The translations under genes were made by a program, and so were the position numbers. From contig JBLHHU010000001.1 in NCBI GenBank assembly GCA_047615735.1, positions 1 through 52,203 of the forward strand: a stretch of 52,203 nt of DNA, given 5' to 3'. The notes under the pieces are model-generated. The model had not been told where the DNA came from and searched no databases. It saw only the letters and a program-made list of their open reading frames with translations. This DNA comes from Kiritimatiellia bacterium. Lineage in GTDB: Bacteria > Verrucomicrobiota > Kiritimatiellia > UBA8416 > JAIOPI01. Shown piece after piece: positions 9,470 to 16,334 of the stretch. How positions within the stretch are numbered: position 1 is the stretch's first letter; every line of letters starts with the position of its first letter.

Positions 9470-12400
9470 ATGAAAAAAATATTCCTTTTGCTGCTTTTCT
9501 GCGGGGTACTTGGCTCTCACGCAGATTTTGTCTATCGATCCGGGACGTCGTTTCTGACGACGGGTGACCTGGATGGCGACGGGCGTTCGGATCTGGTGCT
9601 GGTGGACGGCTTAAACGCCACCGTGCGCGTTGGCTACCAACTTTCCGCCACGAACCTGACGTGGGCGGCTGCCCGCCCACTTGGTTTGGCTGAAGTGACG
9701 GACATAAACTGTGGGTCGGTTAAGTCTAACGCGTACGACTCGATCATTGCCACCGCTCCTACGCTCAACCGACTGAACATGTATAATGCAGGGTCCGCGA
9801 ACACGATCCTTTCCCCCGAAGCAATTTATATGAATGGAACGGGCCCGTATTCGCTGGCTACGCTGGATATCGGCGGGGTGGGGAATACCGCCCAGGATGA
9901 TATTGTTATCATCACCACGCTCAACGGAAGTAGCCCACACAAGATGGAATACATCCGCTCGCAAGGGACGTCGTTTAGCTCGCTGGGGAAGGTGGGAATT
10001 GGGTCGGCTTGGTGGCACCTTAATGCAATCGAATATGCGTTAGGGATAGAAGGGTTGGCGGTGGTCGATGCCCTTTCTTCTGGATTTCTTCGCATCTATG
10101 ATTTTTCTTCGGGTTCATACAGCAACAAGGCCTCCGTTTCTACGTCAGGGATCACTCAACCCCATTATGTTTCATTCCTATTGCCGTCGGGCGAAGCCCA
10201 TTTTGTACTTTGGGAAAAGGGAAGCTCCACCATTCGAACGACCACGCTAAAGAACGCAGGGGCCATCTATTCCTTTTCCTCGCTGTCGGACTACGACCTG
10301 CTCACCCCCGTGGATTCCATATTCCTCGTGCAAGGTGACGGAACGAACCGGCTCGCGGTGGTTTATTCGGGGGGATCCTCCGTGGGAATTTTTGATCACG
10401 ATGGCTCCGGTGCACCCATTTCCTTGCAAACCCTGGTCACGTTGCCGGGCGAACGGTTTGCCGGATTTCTTCCCCTCGATACCGATAACTTCATGGCACT
10501 CTCCTCTGGTTCCGGTGATCTGTCCGGTAGCATCACCGCCGATCAGCATCACTTTGCCGGCGGGCTATTTTCATCCGTTGGAACTGTTGCGCTTCCCGCC
10601 CCACCGCCCGGAGGAGGAGCGGCTAACGTGATGACCTTTGTCGGCGAACCTTTGGTCGACAGCGCGCCGCAACGACTGCAACTTCTACGGGCAGGGGACT
10701 GGTCGACCGCAGTGACGCTCGGCGTCGGGGTGCAGGCCACTTATGAAACGGATCGCGGCTGGGAGCAAGGTTTGGGGGACCCAACGGTTGGAGATCTAGG
10801 CTCCCCCGCGACGAATGCAGCCTATACACTCGACAACCAGTTTCATCGTGCAATTTCCATCCACAGCTTTGATGCCGCCCGCGGAGAAGAGGTCGCGGTG
10901 ATTCAAATTTCGCCCGATCCTGGGACCTATGGAACGTCGGTAGAGGTCTCTCTTTCGGCCACCCCAGCGTCCACACTGTATTATCGCCTGGATGCGTCCA
11001 GCGGCTGGAGCATCTACGCCGCTCCCTTTACAATTTTTGCCGATGTCAATGTACAGTACTATGCCCTTTCGGGGGCAAAGAATTCGATCATCCGATCCGC
11101 CGCCTATCGATTCAGCGATGCACCTTCCGATCTGGACTCCGATGGCGACGGCATTCCGGACTATGTTGAACTGGCCAACGGGCTCGACCCCGCTGAAAGC
11201 GGTCTTGATTCCGACGGTGACGGCTATTCGGACCTCGACGAATTATTGGCCGGAAGTTCCCCGACGAATGTCGCCGCAATTCCTCTCAGCAGCAATCGTG
11301 TTGAACGCGCCGCGGTCTACGATCAAGTCCTCACTCCGCGCGCCTACGACGGTATTGCCGATACCACCAAGAACAGTGCAATTGGGACGCAGGTTCGCCT
11401 CTTTTCTGCATCCGGCGCGCAGGTTGGATATGCCGAAACGACGAATCTCACCATCGCCGTAGCAAGCACCAATCCGGCCGCCATTTTTGAGGCCGTCGCG
11501 TTGTCGCTCGAGCCGCCATTCACCACAGCGCTTACTGAAACCCGTTTTGATGTCGACGGCACCTTTTCTGGCAATCAGTACGGCATTGAATTGCTCGGAA
11601 TTTATTTGCAGCCGGATCCCGATGCGATCAGCGTGGACTACGCCTATCAAGGCGGCGTGCTTGCCACGGAGGCCAGCGCTTGGTTGGCCGCCGCGCAGGA
11701 CGTCTACACCAACCAGGTACGAACCGTCCAAGTGGCCGACCTCAGCCTGACCAATACGGTCGCCGCCATGTTGGTGGAGCGCAAGCTCGCCAACCTGCTG
11801 CTGGACCGAGGCACGCTCACGAATGGATGGGTATCATTGTTTAAAGGCCGGCCGGGCGACGCCGCCATGCAAGGGCTGTCTTCGTCCGATATCCAATCGC
11901 TTGAAAACATAGGCTCCGGCAGCGAGCCCGCCTATCTCGTCCCGTCACTTGTCTTATCCATCTTCCAAGAGGTGCCTGCGTTGGCCGAACTGCTGGAACT
12001 CACACAGGATATCTACGACCTCCGTAGCGATTACGGTAGCGTCTCTAATAATGTCGGAAAATATCCATTGCCGGTCGATGTGCTGCGTTCGTTTCTCTAT
12101 ACGGGCGATGTGCACTCCAACTATCTAGCGCATGCCTCGATCAGTCCTGCCGAGGTGTCCCTTGCCTACGCTGAAGCCACCCAAACGCTCGCGCAAGTAA
12201 CGGCCCGACCGGTTGGTAGTTTTACGTTGCTCGTACGCTCAAACTCGTTTACGTCTACCTGCCCGGTGCTTTACACGCTCGGTGGAACCGCCAAGAGCCT
12301 CTATGTCGATTCCGGTAACGCGTTCCGCTTCCCGCTGACCTTTACCCTCCAGCCGGGTGCGGAAGTGAGTGTCGATGCGTTCACCGATCGGGATTGGAAT

Positions 12401-12856
12401 CTCTGCCCGGGTACCGACCCGCTGGAGGTCATTTCACTCGCGCTCACGGCAGTCCCGACGGCCTCCGGAATCGATGCGGATGGCAACTTGTTGCCGGACG
12501 CGTATGAAGAAATGTTTCTCGTCGGTAGTGGTGGGTTGGCGACCTCTGACCTCGACGGCGACGGGTGGAGCGATCTTCAGGAATATCTCGACGAAACCGA
12601 TCCCGACGATGCAACGCTACATGGCGTAGTCATAGCCGATCTCAGCCCGCCGGTCATTTCGCTAGACAGTTCCGACTTGTTGATCGATTGGCCGGAAGCC
12701 TATGCCGCTGATTTTATTTTTACCGTTGAGTACACCGAGGCCCTCAATTCGGATCCCTTTGTGGCAGATCAGGAACTGCCCATCGGCGACCTCGGCGTCA
12801 CACTCGACCTTGCCGCCGGCAAAAGCTTTTATCGCGTCATGATCCGCCTGCGGTAG
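9470..12856 (+). CDS. Giant secreted protein 3 (1128 aa) with FG-GAP/VCBS-like, Ig-like and thrombospondin-type-3-like Ca-binding repeats
   Basis: GGAG at 9458-9461 lies 8 nt before the ATG at 9470 (GTG at 9467 is an alternative start). Signal peptide MKKIFLLLLFCGVLGSHA. Motifs: DLDGDGRSDLVLVDG; ISPDPGTYGTSVEVSL..LYYRLD; DSDGDGIPDY; DSDGDGYSDLDE; DLDGDGWSDLQEY. Confidence 0.85.
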   Translation: MKKIFLLLLFCGVLGSHADFVYRSGTSFLTTGDLDGDGRSDLVLVDGLNATVRVGYQLSATNLTWAAARPLGLAEVTDINCGSVKSNAYDSIIATAPTLNRLNMYNAGSANTILSPEAIYMNGTGPYSLATLDIGGVGNTAQDDIVIITTLNGSSPHKMEYIRSQGTSFSSLGKVGIGSAWWHLNAIEYALGIEGLAVVDALSSGFLRIYDFSSGSYSNKASVSTSGITQPHYVSFLLPSGEAHFVLWEKGSSTIRTTTLKNAGAIYSFSSLSDYDLLTPVDSIFLVQGDGTNRLAVVYSGGSSVGIFDHDGSGAPISLQTLVTLPGERFAGFLPLDTDNFMALSSGSGDLSGSITADQHHFAGGLFSSVGTVALPAPPPGGGAANVMTFVGEPLVDSAPQRLQLLRAGDWSTAVTLGVGVQATYETDRGWEQGLGDPTVGDLGSPATNAAYTLDNQFHRAISIHSFDAARGEEVAVIQISPDPGTYGTSVEVSLSATPASTLYYRLDASSGWSIYAAPFTIFADVNVQYYALSGAKNSIIRSAAYRFSDAPSDLDSDGDGIPDYVELANGLDPAESGLDSDGDGYSDLDELLAGSSPTNVAAIPLSSNRVERAAVYDQVLTPRAYDGIADTTKNSAIGTQVRLFSASGAQVGYAETTNLTIAVASTNPAAIFEAVALSLEPPFTTALTETRFDVDGTFSGNQYGIELLGIYLQPDPDAISVDYAYQGGVLATEASAWLAAAQDVYTNQVRTVQVADLSLTNTVAAMLVERKLANLLLDRGTLTNGWVSLFKGRPGDAAMQGLSSSDIQSLENIGSGSEPAYLVPSLVLSIFQEVPALAELLELTQDIYDLRSDYGSVSNNVGKYPLPVDVLRSFLYTGDVHSNYLAHASISPAEVSLAYAEATQTLAQVTARPVGSFTLLVRSNSFTSTCPVLYTLGGTAKSLYVDSGNAFRFPLTFTLQPGAEVSVDAFTDRDWNLCPGTDPLEVISLALTAVPTASGIDADGNLLPDAYEEMFLVGSGGLATSDLDGDGWSDLQEYLDETDPDDATLHGVVIADLSPPVISLDSSDLLIDWPEAYAADFIFTVEYTEALNSDPFVADQELPIGDLGVTLDLAAGKSFYRVMIRLR

Positions 12857-13183
12857 ATGGCAATACCACATTCTTCGTGACGTTCTGGCGGGCGCTGACC
12901 TCCTTTGAGGCGGGAACGGCCGATTTTGCGGATTTTATCATTGGTGCAATCGTACACATCACGCTGCGACCACCCATACATTTGATAAGAGAGCCGCGAT
13001 GCACGCAGATTTCGAACTTTTCGGGACGTGAATGGAAAACGGATAGAAGGTCTGTCCCGTGTCTCTGTTTTCCGCTACGGATGAGATTCCGACAGCTTAT
13101 GGCGCCGCCAGTCGCATTTAATCGGTCTCGCCCCTCGATAACGAATACCCGGTCTTTCGGCCGAAGCGGTTCTCAACGAAAAA

Positions 13184-13534
13184 GGGACAGACCCGAATGC
13201 CGCTAACTTAAGCCATTCGCGCATGGTGACTACGGCACTGTTAAGAATTTTACAGAAGGTCGCAAAGGACACGAAGGAAAGAACCCTCCTTCGCGCTCCG
13301 CGCTACGGCGGGCAAGCCGGCGGAGCCCAGCCTGCCACGGCGTAGCCGCGAAGCGCGAAGACGGGCCGAGCTCCAATATTGGAGCGCTTGACCCTGTCCC
13401 TGCTATTCCGCTTGGAGTCCGGTGGGCCCCGCCGGCAGCAGTGCTTGAGCCTTTGCGTCCATCGCGACCTTCTGTAAATCGTATTAGAATTTGACGCTGG
13501 AACCCCTTAAGTTAGCGCCATTCTGGTCTGTCCC
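13184..13534. repeat. Complete copy (B) of a ~350-bp nested palindromic interspersed element
   Basis: Outer arms 13184-13212 and 13506-13534 are complementary at 27/29. Inner arms 13248-13276 and 13450-13479 are about 26/29. A perfect 16-bp palindrome GCTCCAATATTGGAGC sits at 13370-13385. The right half (13400-13534) repeats window positions 1-134. Confidence 0.85.
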
Positions 13535-13561
13535 TGTAATCGCGTGGGGCCGTCGTCGCGG

Positions 13562-14372
13562 TCACGGGTACAGCGCCGGATGCACCAGCTCGACGAAGTG
13601 TTGAGAATGTCGAACCCTGACCCTAATCGTCGTCGAAAGCCCCTGGTGGAGCCGGTGTCCATCGGCGTAATGTTTCGGGTAGATGTTCTCGTACTTTACC
13701 GACCACCAAAGCCTCTCAATAAATACGTTATCCAAGGCGCGGCCTCGGCCATCCATGCTGATTGGGATCTCACGTCCAAGCAGTTCTCCTGTGAACTCAC
13801 CGCTTGTGAACTGGGAGCCCTGATCTGAATTGAATATCTCCGGGCGGCTGTGGCACAGAGCTGCGAGCAGCGCCTGAATGCAAAACGAAGAGTCCATTGT
13901 GTTCGAGAGCTGCCAAGACAAGACATAGCGGCTGTACCACTCGATGACCGCAGCCAGATACATGTAGCCTTTCTTCATCGGCACGTATGTGATGTCGATA
14001 CTCCAAACCTGATTCACCCGCTCAATCTCCACATTACGCAGCAAATACGGGTATATCTTGTGCCCGGGGGCTGGCTTGCTGGTGTGAGGGCCAGGTGTGA
14101 GGGCCTGTATCCCCATCACGCGCATTAGCCGCTCAATGCGCTTGTGGTTCGCCATGTGCCCTTGGTCATGCAACCCAGTCCGTCATGCGCGGAGAACCGT
14201 ATTCAGGGCGCTTCAGGTACTGCTCATCGTTGAGGCGCATCAGCAACAGATCCTCGGGGTTCACCGGAACCGGGTTGTACTGTGCCGTGGAACGCGGGAT
14301 GCCTGCCAGTTGACATTGCCGACGCAGTGAGATCTGGTGGTCTTCCACGACCCAACTACGGCGCGTCGTCAA
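13562..14372 (-). pseudogene. IS3-family transposase OrfB (DDE/rve integrase), frame broken near 14166-14175
   Basis: The N-terminal piece ends ..RPEYGSPRMTDWVA-stop (stop at 14166-14168). The sequence continues in another frame as (L)HDQGHMANHKRIERLMR. DDE-type motifs present: WSIDITYV, FNSDQGSQFTS, ERLWWSVKYE. One single-base indel would restore a contiguous OrfB. Confidence 0.75.
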
Positions 14373-14380
14373 TGGCAGGC

Positions 14381-14665
14381 TTAGAGCTTTTTTTTAAGCC
14401 ACTGCAGATCCATCTGCAGCCTCCCAATTTGCTCGTAGAGTGGCGCTGTCAATTCCTCTTCGCTCTTGCCGCCGCCACGACTGCCGCTGGCGAAAAGATC
14501 TGCGGCATTGGACTGAAGAAGTTTCTTCCATGCGCAAATCTGGCTCTGGTGCACACGATGCTCAGACGAGAGCTGCGCAAGCGTCTTCACCCCTCTGATC
14601 GCGTCAAGCGCCACTTTTGCCTTGAAACTGTCCGAATGATTCTGTCTCTGTTTTCCCATTTGCAT
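14381..14665 (-). CDS. IS3-family transposase OrfA
   Basis: 94-aa ORF with a strong AAGGAGG upstream of the ATG at 14665. Typical OrfA tail ..LYEQIGRLQMDLQWLKKKL ending in the slippery run. Confidence 0.85.
   Translation of the reverse strand: MQMGKQRQNHSDSFKAKVALDAIRGVKTLAQLSSEHRVHQSQICAWKKLLQSNAADLFASGSRGGGKSEEELTAPLYEQIGRLQMDLQWLKKKL
14388..14395 (-). other. Programmed -1 ribosomal frameshift slippery run (A8 on the coding strand) at the orfA/orfB junction
   Basis: The coding strand reads CTT AAA AAA AAG CTC TAA. The OrfB frame is the -1 frame and opens immediately after a TAA that precedes the A-run, as in IS3-family elements. Confidence 0.7.
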
Positions 14666-14800
14666 CCTCCTTGACTACCATATTTCGGATGCAAACTCTC
14701 TCTTAAGGGGTGGCCGGATTTCGGGGGGAACCGCACTCGTCCTCGGAGCGCAGCGCAGCGACCGGCTTGTTTTTCGAGAACGAGGGACGAGGACGATGAA

Positions 14801-14829
14801 TTGACAGTAACCGTCTGCAGCCCTAGTGT
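14801..14829 (+). promoter_or_regulatory. Candidate sigma70-type promoter of the M20 peptidase gene
   Basis: TTGACA (14801-14806), a 17-bp spacer, then TAGTGT (14824-14829), about 50 nt upstream of the ATG at 14880. Motif match only. Confidence 0.35.
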
Positions 14830-14879
14830 CAGAGCGCTAAACAGGTGGTTTTAGCGTGTAAGTTTTATCAGGAGAGTAC

Positions 14880-16238
14880 ATGAGCGTTTTGGATGAGAGT
14901 TTCGAGACCGACAAAGAACGTATTTTAGAAGAATGGAAGACGCTGCTTTCATTTCCGAGCATCAGTACCGACAGCACGCATCACCCCGACTGTCTCGCTT
15001 GTGCCGATTGGCTTCGTGATCACTTGAACGGCATTGGCTTTCAGGCCGAACTCCTCGAAACGGACGGCAAACCTGTCGTTTTTGCTGAACGTCAAGGTGC
15101 CGAAAACGCGCCGACGATTCTGTTCTACGGCCATTACGATGTTCAGCCGGTCGACCCCGTTGACGCATGGGACAGCCCGCCATTCACACCGACGCTCGTC
15201 GATGGGCGTATGGTTGCGAGAGGTGCCCAAGACAACAAAGGACAGCACTTCTATGTGCTAAAAGCCCTTGAACATCTCATTAAGGCAGAGGCACTGACGC
15301 CAACCGTTAAAGTTTTCCTCGAAGGCGAAGAAGAATGCGGCAGCACGGGCATCACCGCCTGCATGCCGGGTTGGAAAGACAAACTCAAATCGGATATTCT
15401 GTTGGTCACCGACCTGGGCATGACGTCCCCCACCCAACCCACCTTGACGATGAGCCTGCGTGGCATCATCCACATGACCGTCGAACTATCGGGTCCGCGC
15501 ACCGACCTCCATTCTGGGATGCATGGCGGATTAGCCCCCAACCCTGCCACGGCTATGTGCCGTTTGCTTGCCTCCCTACACAACGACGACGGTAGCATTG
15601 CTGTTTCGAACTTTTACGACGGCATCCAGCCTATCAGCCCAACAGAGAAAACGCTCGCCGACGCGATGGCTTTTGACGTCGAAACATACAAACGCAACAC
15701 TGGCGTAGAACCAGTCGGCGGTGAAGCAGACAAAACACCTGTTGAACGTCTCGGACTCAGGCCTGCGCTGGATTGCAATGGTGTGCATAGTGGCTTTAAC
15801 GGCGAAGGTTCAAAAACCATCATCCCTGCACACGCGCGCGCGAAACTAACAGCACGTATTGCCGCTGGGCAGGATCCACAGACGTGCCTCGCTGCCCTCA
15901 TAAATCACCTGCATAGCCATTCACCCAAAGGCTTAACCCTGAAAATTTCAGACGAAGGTGTCGGCGGTGTCGGGCTGCGACTGGACCCAGCAAGCGAACT
16001 CATTTCACGAGGAAAAACGATCGCCGATACACTGACGGACAACGAGGCTGTTTACCGCTGGGAAGGTGCATCCATTCCCGTCATCGCCGATCTGGCTGCC
16101 GTCGCCGAAGCCGAGCCGCTCATGGTTGGATTCGGATGCGAAGAAGACAACATTCATGCACCCAACGAATCGTTCTCGATCGAACGCTTCCACATGGGAT
16201 ACACTTTCGCCAAACGCTTCTTCCAAAGTTTCGACTGA
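14880..16238 (+). CDS. M20-family metallopeptidase/dipeptidase
   Basis: AGGAGAG upstream of the ATG. Family motifs GHYDVQPV, ARGAQDNKG and EGEEECGS. Confidence 0.85.
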   Translation: MSVLDESFETDKERILEEWKTLLSFPSISTDSTHHPDCLACADWLRDHLNGIGFQAELLETDGKPVVFAERQGAENAPTILFYGHYDVQPVDPVDAWDSPPFTPTLVDGRMVARGAQDNKGQHFYVLKALEHLIKAEALTPTVKVFLEGEEECGSTGITACMPGWKDKLKSDILLVTDLGMTSPTQPTLTMSLRGIIHMTVELSGPRTDLHSGMHGGLAPNPATAMCRLLASLHNDDGSIAVSNFYDGIQPISPTEKTLADAMAFDVETYKRNTGVEPVGGEADKTPVERLGLRPALDCNGVHSGFNGEGSKTIIPAHARAKLTARIAAGQDPQTCLAALINHLHSHSPKGLTLKISDEGVGGVGLRLDPASELISRGKTIADTLTDNEAVYRWEGASIPVIADLAAVAEAEPLMVGFGCEEDNIHAPNESFSIERFHMGYTFAKRFFQSFD

Positions 16239-16240
16239 CA

Positions 16241-16334
16241 TTAAGAATTTCACAGAAGGGCGCGAAGGCCGGAAAGTCAAGACAGACGAGGAAGGCTGCC
16301 CTTTGCGTACTTCGCGACCTTCTGTAAATGATTT
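16241..16334. repeat. Short palindromic copy (C) of the TTCTGTAAAT/ATTTACAGAA repeat family; candidate bidirectional terminator between convergent genes
   Basis: The left arm TTAAGAATTTCACAGAAGGGCGCGAAGG pairs with the right arm containing the 30-mer CCTTTGCGTACTTCGCGACCTTCTGTAAAT (16300-16329). Sits between the M20 stop (16238) and the mutS stop (16334). Confidence 0.75.

Larger units (their letters stand above)
13536..14735 (-). mobile_element. IS3-family insertion sequence (boundaries approximate, terminal inverted repeats not located)
   Basis: OrfA (HTH/leucine-zipper type) and OrfB (DDE/rve) are in the classic -1 frame arrangement with an A8 slippery run. Element ends are inferred only from ORF positions and from the adjacent repeat ending at 13534. 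Confidence 0.7.

Noticed and set aside
556-12856. Giant-gene operon considered as a Tc/RHS-type toxin complex or as a target of a diversity-generating retroelement.
   Set aside because: No RHS/YD repeats, SpvB-like region, reverse transcriptase or template/variable repeat pair could be seen. The only similarity is gene size and the presence of FG-GAP-like repeats. It is kept as an open hypothesis in the findings.
12877-13206. 109-aa plus-strand ORF, and a minus-strand frame (..YQMYGWSQRDVYDCTNDKIRKIGRSRLKGG..), in the gene-free stretch after the operon. Checked as a possible transposase or RAYT remnant.
   Set aside because: No conserved transposase motifs and no RBS. Both run into repeat sequence, and the minus frame is closed by stops after about 80 codons.
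13501-14711. ACCCCTTAAG (13501-13510) and its complement CTTAAGGGGT (14702-14711), considered as the IS3 terminal inverted repeats.
   Set aside because: The left copy lies inside the palindromic element, whose homology to copy A continues uninterrupted on both sides of it. It therefore cannot be an insertion boundary, and the match is only 10 bp.
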